DNA of 64,000 bases from an uncultured Bacteroidaceae bacterium (lineage in GTDB: Bacteria > Bacillota > Clostridia > Christensenellales > CAG-917): NCBI GenBank assembly GCA_964550635.1, contig CAZJZV010000007.1:5722-69721 (forward strand). Reading direction: 5' to 3'. Under the pieces are notes generated by a model that made no database searches, was not told the DNA's origin, and was given only the letters and a program-made list of their open reading frames with translations. This document shows positions 18,108-28,221 of the stretch, piece by piece. Within the stretch, counting starts at the first letter, position 1. Each line of letters begins with the position of its first letter. The translations under genes were made by a program, and so were the position numbers.

Positions 18108-18749
18108 TCAGCAACAACGTATAAGGTCGCCACCCATACATTCGCAACAGCAGTCCGCGCACCAAAGTGCTTGGCAAGCGGTGCAAATTCCGTCTGCGAC
18201 GTCTGCGTTTTGGGAGTACGACTTTTGGGGTGCGGAATTGTTGTAATAATTCGTACCGCTCTTTTCTTTTTGGAACGCATTCGTACCGTCGATTTTGCGT
18301 TTCAAATTGTCGAGCGCCCTTTTATACTTATCGTTGTCGGGGTCTTCTGCGAGAGCCATTTCGAGTTGACGTTTACTCTCGTTGAGCCAACTTTTCTCGT
18401 AGAAGATTATTGCTTGATAGTAGTGCCATTCGCCGTCGCGGATAGACATATCGTCAAGACGACGTTGCGCCTCGTCGAACTTTTTATTTTTGATCAAAGT
18501 TTTGACGTCTGAATATCCGCCCGAATACTCTTCGTCACCACTGACGGTGGCGGATTCGTGGGACATTTCCATAGCCTGTTGATACGCTTGGTCGAGTTCT
18601 TCGAGTTTTCTTGCGGCGTTAGCACCCGCCTCACCCTCGTCGAAAACGTGAGCGGAATAGAAACTGCGTTTGGTTTTGTACGCTTCGAGAATTTCCGCTT
18701 GGGACGCACCGCGACTGAGCCCTAAAATTACATACGGATCTTGTGGCAT
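18108..18749 (-). CDS. J-domain-like / TPR protein with Cys-rich C-terminus
   Basis: DPYVILGLSRGASQAEILEAY J-domain start without HPD; TPR-like AEWHYY..IFYEKSW..E.K.QLE.AL..DPDN; tail CTACQALWCADCCCECMGGDLIRCC. Confidence 0.8.
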   Translation of the reverse strand: MPQDPYVILGLSRGASQAEILEAYKTKRSFYSAHVFDEGEAGANAARKLEELDQAYQQAMEMSHESATVSGDEEYSGGYSDVKTLIKNKKFDEAQRRLDDMSIRDGEWHYYQAIIFYEKSWLNESKRQLEMALAEDPDNDKYKRALDNLKRKIDGTNAFQKEKSGTNYYNNSAPQKSYSQNADVADGICTACQALWCADCCCECMGGDLIRCC

Positions 18750-19588
18750 TTATCTTCTCCTTTGAGTAGTCTTTTAATTTGCATATCGATGCCGAGGTAG
18801 ACGGTGTTGGAGATGACTCCTTCCGCTACGACGACGTTCATTTTGTTGTAACTTTCAACGATACGGTTATAGGCGGATTTGAGCAAAAACGCAAGTTCAT
18901 CTGCGTTTTCCTTGAAATAAACTGCCTTTTCTGCGCATTTGCCGTAGTTGTTTACGACGACGTTGTATGTTCCTTTCTTGCTATCTTCTTCGACGTCGTC
19001 CACCGCGTCCATAAGGTATATAAGCCTGCCCAAGTTGTAGGTGAACAAGTCGATATCGTCGTCGGTTTTCACAAGGAGTCTTGTCATATCGCGCATAAGC
19101 ACTGCGGTGCAATCCGCCACTTCGTCGATATTCGCACTGTTCTCTTTTTCGAGTTTTGCGAGTCGAGAAAACTCCCTTTTCATCAGTTTCTCAATCTCGG
19201 GCAAACGTCTTGCCGCGGCGCGTTTTCGAAGATACAATCTCCACTTCGCGACCGCACGGATTTTCTTTCCGTCCGCCACGTCGTCCTCAAGGTTGTAGTA
19301 GACGAGAAGCACCGATACGTCCGCCACTTTCATAGAAAGTTCGTCGGGTGCGATGACGGGTTTTTTCTTGCCGTTCAAGGCACAAAACTTCCCTTCCGCA
19401 GTCACGGGCGTATTCGTTATCGCGTGCAGAAACGCATTGTAAAAAGTGGTGTCGTAGTTCGTGCAAAGACGAGTCAAGGGACCGCCCGTTTTTGCAAGGG
19501 TTTTGCACAGTCCGCAATAGAACCCCTGAAAGACGTTGAAGTCCTTTATATACATATTATTCTTGTCAGGAATTATATATCCAAACAT
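18728..19588 (-). CDS. DUF5685 family protein
   Basis: MFGYI, YCGLC, YDTTF, DDVAD, GRLIYLMDAVDD motifs; overlaps the J-domain gene. Confidence 0.8.
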   Translation of the reverse strand: MFGYIIPDKNNMYIKDFNVFQGFYCGLCKTLAKTGGPLTRLCTNYDTTFYNAFLHAITNTPVTAEGKFCALNGKKKPVIAPDELSMKVADVSVLLVYYNLEDDVADGKKIRAVAKWRLYLRKRAAARRLPEIEKLMKREFSRLAKLEKENSANIDEVADCTAVLMRDMTRLLVKTDDDIDLFTYNLGRLIYLMDAVDDVEEDSKKGTYNVVVNNYGKCAEKAVYFKENADELAFLLKSAYNRIVESYNKMNVVVAEGVISNTVYLGIDMQIKRLLKGEDKCHKIRM

Positions 19589-19589
19589 A

Positions 19590-20612
19590 TTACACTTGCA
19601 CGAAACCGACTTTCTTGTAGACTTTGGAAAGAGTCCTGCGAGCGATACGACTTGCCTCTTCCGCGCCTTTTTTCATGATTTCTTCGAGCACGTCCTTGTG
19701 CTCCATGTAGTATTTGTACTTTTCTTGAATGGGGCGGAGATATTCCACGACGGTTTCGCCGACTTTCAACTTGAAATCCGCGTAACTCGAACCCGCAAAT
19801 TCCTTTTCCGCGTCTTCGATAGACACGTTTTTGAAGACGGAATAGATTGTGAGCAAGTTGCTGATGCCGGGCTTGTCTTCTCTGCACACGATTTCGTTTC
19901 CGCAGTCGGTTACCGCACGTTTGAATTTGCGCATAATCGTATCGGGGTCGTCGAGCAAGAACACTACGCCCGCGGAATTGTCGTCCGTCTTCCCCATTTT
20001 GGTGGTCGGGTCGAGAAGGTTATAAATCTTCGCGCCCGTTTTCGGATAGATACCTTCGGGAATGGTGAAGGTCGGAGAGAATTTGGAATTGAATCTACCC
20101 GCAATATCTCTTGCTAGTTCGAGATGTTGTTGTTGGTCCTTGCCGATAGGCACGTAGTCGGTCTGATACAAGAGAATATCTGCCGCCATAAGCGTGGGAT
20201 ATGAGAAAAGTCCGACGTTAACGTTGTCGGGATTTTTCTTGCTCTTGTCCTTGAATTGAGTCATTCTGCTTGCTTCGCCGAATTGGGTGTAGCAGTTCAT
20301 AACCCAAGCAAGTTGTGCGTGTTCAGGGACGTGCGACTGCACTGCGATGACGCTCTTTTCGGGGTCGAGACCTATCGCAAGGAAGAGCGCCATAAACTCA
20401 TACGTGCGACGACGAAGTTCGGCAGGAACAATGTCGACTGTTATACTGTGCAAATCCGCGACCATATAGACGCACCTATATTCGTCCTGCATTTTGACCA
20501 TATTTCTGAGCGCACCGATATAGTTGCCGAGTTGCAAATCGCCCGTCGGTTTCAACGCACTGTAAACTATCTTTTGTTTCACAATCGAGTTTTTATCGTT
20601 GTTATTTTCCAT
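19590..20612 (-). CDS. trpS: Tryptophan--tRNA ligase
   Basis: PTGDLQLGNYIGA (HIGH-like), YPTLMAADILLY, GKDQQQHLE, KMGKT (KMSKS-like). Start at ATG 20612 with AGGAG RBS. Confidence 0.95.
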   Translation of the reverse strand: MENNNDKNSIVKQKIVYSALKPTGDLQLGNYIGALRNMVKMQDEYRCVYMVADLHSITVDIVPAELRRRTYEFMALFLAIGLDPEKSVIAVQSHVPEHAQLAWVMNCYTQFGEASRMTQFKDKSKKNPDNVNVGLFSYPTLMAADILLYQTDYVPIGKDQQQHLELARDIAGRFNSKFSPTFTIPEGIYPKTGAKIYNLLDPTTKMGKTDDNSAGVVFLLDDPDTIMRKFKRAVTDCGNEIVCREDKPGISNLLTIYSVFKNVSIEDAEKEFAGSSYADFKLKVGETVVEYLRPIQEKYKYYMEHKDVLEEIMKKGAEEASRIARRTLSKVYKKVGFVQV

Positions 20613-20635
20613 GATAAACTCCTGTTTATGCACAT

Positions 20636-22111
20636 TCACGCATTCATAATTTCAAGGACGGTTTGTTTGGTGTTTCCTTTTTCTATGACTTTGTCGTGAA
20701 GTATTTTCTTGTTTTTGAGACTCAACAGTCCCGCGGGGCATTCGAGCCCCGAAGCGAATTGAAGTTTTTCGACCGCCTTGTCGACGTCTTGCTCCTTGCC
20801 GTCCGCGACTGCGTTATACACGTCGACAGCAAATTTATAGGGGCTTGCCGTGGACACGATGACCGCGGGGGTATCGTCTTCGGTTTCTCCTTGATAGTCG
20901 GTGTACACGCTTGCCGCCACTGCGGTATGGGTGTCGAGAATGCAATCGTCAAGGTCGAAGAAATTGCAGATTGCGTCTTTGGTGTCGTCTTCGTCCGCCC
21001 ACCCTGCTTCGAAGATACTGCTCTTCAACAAGGACATGTCAATCTCGAACTTGCCGTCCTTTTTCAAAGTGGAATAGAGTTCGGCGACTTTCTTGTCGTC
21101 CCTGCCTGTGAGTTCGAATATGAAACGCTCGAGGTTAGAGGACACGAGAATATCCATAGACGGCGAGGAAGTCTTATAGAATTTTCTATCAAGGCTATAA
21201 ACGCCCGTGCCGAAAAATTCGGTCAACACGTTGTTTTCGTTGCTTGCGACGATGAGCTTATTGACGGGAAGTCCCATTCTGTACGCATAGTAACCCGCAA
21301 GGATATTTCCGAAATTCCCTGTCGGCACGCAGAAGTTGACCTTATCTCCGTTTTCGATTTCTCCGCTTGCAACAAGGTCTGCGTATGCGGATATATAGTA
21401 GACGATTTGCGGGACGAGTCGTCCCCAGTTGATTGAGTTTGCAGACGACATAGTCACGCCGATTTTTTCAAGTCGCTCGTTGGTTTCAGAGTCGTTGAAA
21501 ATCTCTTTGACTGCGGTTTGCGCATCGTCGAAATTGCCTTTGATTGCGACGACGTGCACGTTTTTCCCTTCTTGAGTGAGCATTTGCAACTTCTGCATTT
21601 TGCTGACGCCTTGACTTGGGAAAAACACTATGATTTCGGTGCCGTCCACGTCCTTGAAACCTTCGAGTGCGGCTTTGCCGGTGTCCCCGCTCGTTGCGAC
21701 GAGAATGAGAGTTTTGTCCTCTCGTCCGAGTTTACGTTTGCTTGCGGTGAGAAGGTAAGGAAGAAGGGTGAGCGCCATATCCTTGAATGCGAAGGTCGGT
21801 CCGTGCCACAGTTCGAGCACGAAAAGTCCGTCTTCGATTTTGGTGACGGGACAGGGGTCTCCGTCGAAGCGCGAATACGCTTTTTTCGCATATGAGAGAA
21901 GTTCGTCATACGAAAACTCGTCCATATAGGACTGCAGGACGGTCGCCACTCTTTCGGGGTAATCGAGAGTGCTAAAATTCTCTATGAACTCCTTGTCGAT
22001 AGCGGGAAAAGACGACGGAACGATAAGTCCGCCGTCATCGGAAATCCCTTTGACTATTGCTTCGCTCGCGGAGTAGACTCGCGAAGCGTTTCTTGTGCTG
22101 ATATAATTCAT
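20636..22111 (-). CDS. thrC: Threonine synthase
   Basis: YISTR, LELWHGPTFAFKD, ATSGDTG, NSINWGR, PTGNFGN, SPSMDI, TASPYKF. Confidence 0.95.
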   Translation of the reverse strand: MNYISTRNASRVYSASEAIVKGISDDGGLIVPSSFPAIDKEFIENFSTLDYPERVATVLQSYMDEFSYDELLSYAKKAYSRFDGDPCPVTKIEDGLFVLELWHGPTFAFKDMALTLLPYLLTASKRKLGREDKTLILVATSGDTGKAALEGFKDVDGTEIIVFFPSQGVSKMQKLQMLTQEGKNVHVVAIKGNFDDAQTAVKEIFNDSETNERLEKIGVTMSSANSINWGRLVPQIVYYISAYADLVASGEIENGDKVNFCVPTGNFGNILAGYYAYRMGLPVNKLIVASNENNVLTEFFGTGVYSLDRKFYKTSSPSMDILVSSNLERFIFELTGRDDKKVAELYSTLKKDGKFEIDMSLLKSSIFEAGWADEDDTKDAICNFFDLDDCILDTHTAVAASVYTDYQGETEDDTPAVIVSTASPYKFAVDVYNAVADGKEQDVDKAVEKLQFASGLECPAGLLSLKNKKILHDKVIEKGNTKQTVLEIMNA

Positions 22112-22539
22112 TTGTTATCCTGATATTTTTTTAGGAATTCGGGGAAATTCTCCTCGTTTTCGCTGACGGTCATATAGAAAGTCGTTTCGTTTTCCTTTGC
22201 GACCTTGTATATATCCGTGAAGAAGTCTTCCATTTCCTGAACGGTTCTGCCGAGCATACGGTGCGCGCCGTCGATATAGAAACTTTCGATGTCGTGATTG
22301 CCTGCGAGAATGCCTTTGATGAAACCGATAAGGGCGTCTTCGCGGACGTTAGACTCGCCGTCGTATTTTAGCACTGCGGTATTTATGACTCTCACTTGAT
22401 AGCGGATCGAATACATATATCTATCCGTATCGGTGACGAAGACGATATCGCCTTTTGCGACGTCGACGTTATCGTTTGCCATATCGATGATTTTCTTTGT
22501 TTTTCCGCTTCCTTTTGCTCCTGTTATAAGTTGTATCAT
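22108..22539 (-). CDS. Small P-loop domain protein of unknown function
   Basis: GAKGSGKT Walker A and FYIDG; GGAGG RBS. Confidence 0.75.
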   Translation of the reverse strand: MIQLITGAKGSGKTKKIIDMANDNVDVAKGDIVFVTDTDRYMYSIRYQVRVINTAVLKYDGESNVREDALIGFIKGILAGNHDIESFYIDGAHRMLGRTVQEMEDFFTDIYKVAKENETTFYMTVSENEENFPEFLKKYQDNK

Positions 22540-22599
22540 TTTACACCTCCGATTATATTTTATAAAAAATATAACCGAAATACAAGTCCTAATTTTATT

Positions 22600-24024
22600 T
22601 TAGTCGTTTTCGCCGAAATTTGAGTGGTAATCGTTCTCGTATGCGACAAACTCCGCATATCTCTTGCTATCCACGCGTTTGATGAATTTATCAAGCTCTA
22701 TATCCGACATACTTGCCGTTCTGCCCTTGTTGTAAAGGGAATCCACGTAGTCCTTCATGATTGCGACGAGCGGATCCTGTTTGGTGACTTTCGCGCCTTC
22801 GGGCAGAGAATAGTAACTGTTGATCCAGAATGCAAGTCCCGCAAGTCCGCTGAAACGGTCGATGATGACGCGCGGTGAGCGGTTGAGAATTTTCTCGGTG
22901 TCGAAAATATTGTAGATTTCTTGGTCCTTGAGCATACCGTCCGCGTGGATACCCGCCTTGGTTACGTTGAAGTTTCTGCCGACGAAAGGAGTCCTTTCGG
23001 GGATAGAAATGCCCATTTCGTGCTCGAAGTAGTCCGCAATTTCGGTGATGACGGACAAATCCATACCACCGCTATTGCCGCGCAAAGACGTATACTCGAT
23101 CGCCATTGCTTCAAGCGGAGTATTGCCCGTTCTTTCCCCTATTCCGAGAAGAGTCGTGTTGACCGAAGAGCAACCGTGGAGCCACGCCGTAGCGGAGTTG
23201 GTGACCGCCTTGTAGAAGTCGTTGTGACCGTGCCATTCAAGTCTTTCGGACGGAAATTCCGCGTAGTAGCGGAAACCGTAGACGATACCTTGTACACTTC
23301 GGGGAAGTGCGGTGCCGGGATAGGACACGCCGTAACCCATCGTATCGCACGCGCGAATTTTAATAGGAATACCGCTTTCTTCGCTGAGTTTCATCAATTC
23401 GATTGCGAAAGGCACGACGAATCCGAAGTAGTCCGCTCTCGTGATGTCCTCGAAGTGACAACGAGGGACGATTCCTCTTTCGAGTGCCATTTTGACTATG
23501 GAAAGATATTTATCCATCGCTTGCGCGCGCGTCATATTCATCTTCTTGAAAATGTGATAGTCCGAGCAACTGACGAGAACACCGGTTTCTTTTATGCCGA
23601 ATTGTTTGACAAGCTCGAAGTCTTTTTCGTTCGCTCTTATCCAAGAAGTGATTTGCGGAAATTCATAGCCGAGATCAAGGCATTTTTCCACTGCTTTCTT
23701 GTCGTTTTCGCTGTAAAGGAAAAACTCGCTTTGTCTGATAATTCCGTTCGGGCCGCTCATTTTGTGGAGCATTTTGTAAAGATTGACTATATCCTTGACC
23801 GCAAAAGGTTCGCAGGATTGTTGTCCGTCGCGGAAGGTGGTGTCCGTGATATAAATATCCTTCGGGCACTCCATAGGGACATGGCGCATATTGAAGGTAG
23901 TCTTGGGAACTTCGCCGAAAGAGAAAACCTTTCTGTGCAAGTTAGGGTTTGCAACGTCCTGCAAATTCGGCTTATATGCGTGTTCCTCGATGACGTGGTG
24001 CGTCTTGTTGTACTTAACTATCAT
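22600..24024 (-). CDS. Re-citrate synthase (DRE-TIM, LeuA-like family)
   Basis: ITDTTFRDGQQS, RQSEFFLYS, RCHFEDITRAD, EWHGHNDF, GIHADG; no LeuA regulatory domain. Confidence 0.8.
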   Translation of the reverse strand: MIVKYNKTHHVIEEHAYKPNLQDVANPNLHRKVFSFGEVPKTTFNMRHVPMECPKDIYITDTTFRDGQQSCEPFAVKDIVNLYKMLHKMSGPNGIIRQSEFFLYSENDKKAVEKCLDLGYEFPQITSWIRANEKDFELVKQFGIKETGVLVSCSDYHIFKKMNMTRAQAMDKYLSIVKMALERGIVPRCHFEDITRADYFGFVVPFAIELMKLSEESGIPIKIRACDTMGYGVSYPGTALPRSVQGIVYGFRYYAEFPSERLEWHGHNDFYKAVTNSATAWLHGCSSVNTTLLGIGERTGNTPLEAMAIEYTSLRGNSGGMDLSVITEIADYFEHEMGISIPERTPFVGRNFNVTKAGIHADGMLKDQEIYNIFDTEKILNRSPRVIIDRFSGLAGLAFWINSYYSLPEGAKVTKQDPLVAIMKDYVDSLYNKGRTASMSDIELDKFIKRVDSKRYAEFVAYENDYHSNFGEND

Positions 24025-24036
24025 AGTCTGCCCTCC

Positions 24037-25125
24037 TTACTCTTCGATATTTTCAAGCAGTTTGTTCTGCACCGCGATTTGAAGCGCGGAAATCATCTCG
24101 TCCATATCCCCCAACATAAACTTGTCGAGAGAATAGAGCGTGAAACCTATTCTATGGTCGGTGACTCTTCCCTGCGGGAAGTTATAAGTGCGGATTCTTT
24201 CGCTTCTATCCCCTGTGCCGACCTGTGCGCGACGGGTTTCCGCGTACTCCTTATCCGCTTGCGACTGGAAGAAATCGTACAAACGCGACTTCATGACTTT
24301 CATCGCTTTTTCTCTGTTTTTAATCTGACTACGCTCGTCCTGACACTCAACGACGATACCCGTCGGAATGTGCGTCATACGAATTGCGGATTCCGTTTTA
24401 TTGACGTGTTGTCCGCCCGCGCCCGAACTTCTATACGTATCGATTTTGAGATCGCTTTCCTTGATTTCGACTTCCACGTCCTCCGCTTCGGGCAGGACGG
24501 CTACGGTCACCGTAGACGTATGGATTCTACCCTGCGATTCCGTTTCGGGCACTCTTTGCACACGGTGCACACCGCTTTCAAACTTGAGTTTGCCGTATGC
24601 GCCCTTGCCTGCGATCATGAACACCGCTTCTTTGACTCCGCCGAGTTCGGTCATATTGATATTGATGTCTTCCACTTTCCAACGGTTCAAGTCGGCGTAA
24701 TGGCGATACATACGCATAAGTTCGGTGCCGAAAAGGCTCGCTTCTTCCCCGCCTGCGCCCCCGCGTATTTCGATGATGACGTTGTTATCTTCGTTGGGAT
24801 CTTTGGGGAGCATTGCGATTTTCAACGCTTTGCCGTCCTCGTCGAGAGCGGTTCTGAGATCGTCGAGTTCGCTCTTGATGAGTTCTCTCATCTCCACGTC
24901 CGTTTCACCTGCAAGTTCTCTTTCGCAGTCGTCGAATTGTTTTTTGTGCGCGCTATATCCGTCGTAGCACTCCACGATAGGAGTGAGCCCGGCAAGTTCC
25001 TTGCCGAGTTCGCGGAATTTATTTTGGTCTGCGATGACTTCGCTCTTTGAAAGGAGTTCACCTATTTCGTGATAGCGCGCCTTGATTTTTTCAAGTTTCG
25101 CCACCATTGCTTCTGAAACTTTCAT
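24037..25125 (-). CDS. prfA: Peptide chain release factor 1
   Basis: [13 protein letters not shown] (PxT), [15 protein letters not shown]. Confidence 0.97.
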   Translation of the reverse strand: MKVSEAMVAKLEKIKARYHEIGELLSKSEVIADQNKFRELGKELAGLTPIVECYDGYSAHKKQFDDCERELAGETDVEMRELIKSELDDLRTALDEDGKALKIAMLPKDPNEDNNVIIEIRGGAGGEEASLFGTELMRMYRHYADLNRWKVEDININMTELGGVKEAVFMIAGKGAYGKLKFESGVHRVQRVPETESQGRIHTSTVTVAVLPEAEDVEVEIKESDLKIDTYRSSGAGGQHVNKTESAIRMTHIPTGIVVECQDERSQIKNREKAMKVMKSRLYDFFQSQADKEYAETRRAQVGTGDRSERIRTYNFPQGRVTDHRIGFTLYSLDKFMLGDMDEMISALQIAVQNKLLENIEE

Positions 25126-25177
25126 ATTACACCTTGATGATAAACGATTAAGTTTAAGTATTTGTTAAAAGATAATT

Positions 25178-27031
25178 TCAAGCGGACTTTCTGCGGACGA
25201 CTGCGATGCGGTCGAGTCCTTCCATATCCTTGAAGACTTCCACGTCGTAACCTGCGAAAATCTCTTTGATATTGTCCGTTTGTCCTATTCCGAATTCGAG
25301 GAGAAGCACGCCGTTTTCTTCGAGATGCTCGTCGAGTCCGTCCGCGATGATGCGGTAGAATTTCAAGCCGTCCTTGTCGCCGTCGAGTGCGAGAGTAGGC
25401 TCAAAATCTTTCACTTTGACGTCGAGTTTCGACACGTCGTCCGTCGGAATATACGGCGGATTCGACACGATGACGTCGAAACGTTTGTGCGCCACCGCTC
25501 CCCACATATCTCCGTTTGAGAAGTCCACTCTGACTCCCGTATTCACGGAGTTCGCAAGAGCGACGTCCACCGCGCCCACACTCACGTCGCAAGCACTGAC
25601 GTTTGCGCTCGTATTTTTGGCGATAGCAACTGCGATAGCACCGCTACCCGTACACAAATCAAGCACGCCGACTTTTCCGTTTTCGCTCTTTTCCTTGACG
25701 ACGGCAATCGCCTTTTCGACGAGTTCTTCGGTTTCGGGACGAGGAATAAGCACGGATGAATTGACGACGATTTTGATTCCGTAAAATTCGGTGTAACCTA
25801 GTGCGTATTGCAAGGGTGCGCCGCCCTTCATTTTCTCCGCGATTTTCATAGCGTTTTCGTATTCGGTTGCGGATATGTGAGAAAGATTTTGCACTTCACC
25901 GCGTTTTTTGCCAGTGACTTCCACCAAAATCCAATCGATATCGCTTTCGTCCGCAGTGGGTGCGGTCTCCGCAATTCTCTTTCTCGCGACGGGGACGGGC
26001 ATTTTTATGTCGAATTTTCTCGTGGGATAGGACGGATCCGCGTCCATTGCCTGCACCGTCTTGAACGCGGTCAAACTGACTTCGAGCATACTGTCGTCGG
26101 GTTCGCGCGTGGTGAGAAGTTGGAGTGCCATACCAGGTGCGCGAAGTATACGCACGGGGAGAGCGTCGGATTTTGCAAGAAGTTTCAATATCTCGTAGGA
26201 TATGCCCGCGACAACAGGGATAAACAACAGTTTGATAGGCACTCTGACCAGTCCTTGCACGCCCTTGCTTTGAGCAGTGAACCACTCCCCGATTTCGGGC
26301 AAGTCGCTGAGTCCCCAGTTGACGAATGCGAACACGATTATGCTGACCATAATGACCAAAAACATAAACGTCGTACCGCAACGACTGTGTTGACAACTCA
26401 TCTTTTTTGCATTCTCGACGGTGAGATCGAGACCGTGCTCGTAGCAGTTGATGACTTTGTGTTCCGCGCCGTGATACATGAAAACTCTGCGAATGTCCTT
26501 CATGATACTGACGAGAACTATGTACAAGGTAAAAATGACGAGCATGACCGCGCTTTCGATGAGGCTATACCACAGGCTCGACAACGACGAATTTGCAAGT
26601 GCTTCGATCTTGAAAAGAGCGGATGCGACCACGTTCGGAAGCACCACGAAAAGACCTACCGCAAGCACTATGCCGAGAATAAGCGAAAATCCCATAAGGA
26701 TATTCATAGGGTTGATTTTGAACTTTTTCGCGACTTTTTTCTCGAACTCGCTCGGCTCTGCGAAATCGCCGTAGACCTCTGCGGAGCGCATCAAAATGCC
26801 CATACCCTCGTAGAGTTGAGTGCATAGATTGACCACCCCTCTCACAAAGGGCAGTTTTGCAAACGCACTTTTATCTTTTGCGGATTTGGTGCGCACGCTT
26901 TCGACGGTAATATCACCCGACTCGGTGCGGACTGCGGTCGCGATAGCGGTCGCGCCCTTCATCATAACGCCTTCGAGGACGGCTTGCCCGCCGATAGAAG
27001 TTCTTTTGACAGCCTTATCTTTCTTGCTCAT
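25178..27031 (-). CDS. prmC: DUF1385 membrane domain fused to release-factor glutamine methyltransferase PrmC
   Basis: N-terminal IGGQAVLEGVMM, YHGAEHK, RCGTTF, TTREP; C-terminal VLIPRPETE, LDLCTGSG, SNPPY, all in one frame. Confidence 0.88.
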   Translation of the reverse strand: MSKKDKAVKRTSIGGQAVLEGVMMKGATAIATAVRTESGDITVESVRTKSAKDKSAFAKLPFVRGVVNLCTQLYEGMGILMRSAEVYGDFAEPSEFEKKVAKKFKINPMNILMGFSLILGIVLAVGLFVVLPNVVASALFKIEALANSSLSSLWYSLIESAVMLVIFTLYIVLVSIMKDIRRVFMYHGAEHKVINCYEHGLDLTVENAKKMSCQHSRCGTTFMFLVIMVSIIVFAFVNWGLSDLPEIGEWFTAQSKGVQGLVRVPIKLLFIPVVAGISYEILKLLAKSDALPVRILRAPGMALQLLTTREPDDSMLEVSLTAFKTVQAMDADPSYPTRKFDIKMPVPVARKRIAETAPTADESDIDWILVEVTGKKRGEVQNLSHISATEYENAMKIAEKMKGGAPLQYALGYTEFYGIKIVVNSSVLIPRPETEELVEKAIAVVKEKSENGKVGVLDLCTGSGAIAVAIAKNTSANVSACDVSVGAVDVALANSVNTGVRVDFSNGDMWGAVAHKRFDVIVSNPPYIPTDDVSKLDVKVKDFEPTLALDGDKDGLKFYRIIADGLDEHLEENGVLLLEFGIGQTDNIKEIFAGYDVEVFKDMEGLDRIAVVRRKSA

Positions 27032-27067
27032 TTTCTCACTGAAACGCTCGTTTTACCCTAAAAAAGC

Positions 27068-27101
27068 AAAAATGCAGTTCCGACTTACGGCAACTGCATT
27101 T
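27068..27101 (-). terminator. Terminator after rpmE
   Basis: AAATGCAGTT...AACTGCATTT hairpin followed by a T tract on the minus strand. Confidence 0.6.
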
Positions 27102-27111
27102 CGATTCCAAA

Positions 27112-27318
27112 CTAATCGAGATTGTATCTCTTTTTGAACTTGTCCACACGGCCACCGGTGTCAACCAGCTTTTGTTTGCCGGTGAAGTAAGGATGGCATT
27201 TGGAGCAAATTTCTACTCTGAGTTCGTCGCACTTTTTGGTGGTGCCGGTTTGGAATGTGTGACCGCAAGCGCAGATGACGTTCACGGTGTGGTACTCGGG
27301 ATGGATACCTTCTTTCAT
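27112..27318 (-). CDS. rpmE: 50S ribosomal protein L31 (Zn-binding type)
   Basis: [36 protein letters not shown]. Confidence 0.97.
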   Translation of the reverse strand: MKEGIHPEYHTVNVICACGHTFQTGTTKKCDELRVEICSKCHPYFTGKQKLVDTGGRVDKFKKRYNLD

Positions 27319-27388
27319 TTTTGTTCTCCGAATTTTGATTTTTACACCCACACGCGCCGATTGCGCGTATATGACATAAAGTTTCTTT

Positions 27389-27416
27389 ATTATAACACAT
27401 TTTTTTCCAATGTCAA
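27389..27416 (-). promoter_or_regulatory. SigA promoter of rpmE
   Basis: TTGACA-16 bp-TATAAT with a TG extension. Confidence 0.7.
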
Positions 27417-27507
27417 GCAAATATACGCCTATGCGCGCCATATATTGCTCTGAATTGTTATGCGATAGAAAAATCCCCGCAAAAAGCGAGGACGAAGAAA
27501 ACGAGAT

Positions 27508-28221
27508 TTAGCAATTTTCAAGTGCGACAAGCAAGTCTTTTCTGACCGCGGACAACTCGTCGTCCGATAGCGACCTATCCTTTGCGGGTTTGTCAATCCG
27601 CCCTTCGAGAATTATATTCGCGGGCTTTCCGCCAAGCACGATAAACTTGTCCGCGCAGAGCAAACATTCGTCTATTGCGTGAGTGACGAAAAGTATCGTC
27701 CTAGGGGACTCCTCATTGAGCGAAATCAAGTTTTTGACAAGACGAGATTTGAGCGCGGTGTCGAGTGCTTTGAACGGCTCGTCCATAATCAAAATTTCGG
27801 ACGGAAAGAGATAGGCGCGAGCAAGAGAAACTCTTTGTGCCTGTCCCCCGCTTATCTCGGTCGGGCGCTTGTCGACGACGTCCGAAATCTCAAGCACGTC
27901 AAGCATTTTTTCAATCCTTGCTTTTCTCTCCGCCTTATCCTTGCAAACGCTCTTTAATATCAAATCAAGGTTTTTATACACCGAAATCGTAGGGATTAAC
28001 CTGTCTTTTTGAAAAATGTACGATTTTTTCACGTCCGCGCCGACGACCTTTCCGTCACCGTTCACAATGCCCGCGACCGCGTTCACAAGGGTTGTTTTTC
28101 CAACCCCCGAACCGCCCAAAATGACGTTGATCTTTCCGCATTCAAACTCCGTCGAGAAGTCCGAAAACACCACGTTGTCGCCGTATGCAACTTTCAAATT
28201 TTCGATTTTTACGTTCGTCAT
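27508..28221 (-). CDS. ABC transporter ATP-binding protein (SsuB/TauB-like)
   Basis: GGSGVGKTT, ISGGQAQRV, MDEPF, VTH. Start at ATG 28221 overlaps the permease stop. Confidence 0.9.
   Translation of the reverse strand: MTNVKIENLKVAYGDNVVFSDFSTEFECGKINVILGGSGVGKTTLVNAVAGIVNGDGKVVGADVKKSYIFQKDRLIPTISVYKNLDLILKSVCKDKAERKARIEKMLDVLEISDVVDKRPTEISGGQAQRVSLARAYLFPSEILIMDEPFKALDTALKSRLVKNLISLNEESPRTILFVTHAIDECLLCADKFIVLGGKPANIILEGRIDKPAKDRSLSDDELSAVRKDLLVALENC

Noticed and set aside
19590-22111. T-box leaders for trpS or thrC
   Set aside because: Both genes are internal to a tightly packed run with no room for a leader.
22600-24024. Calling this gene leuA
   Set aside because: RDGQQ instead of RDGEQ, no regulatory domain and no leu operon context; Re-citrate synthase fits better.
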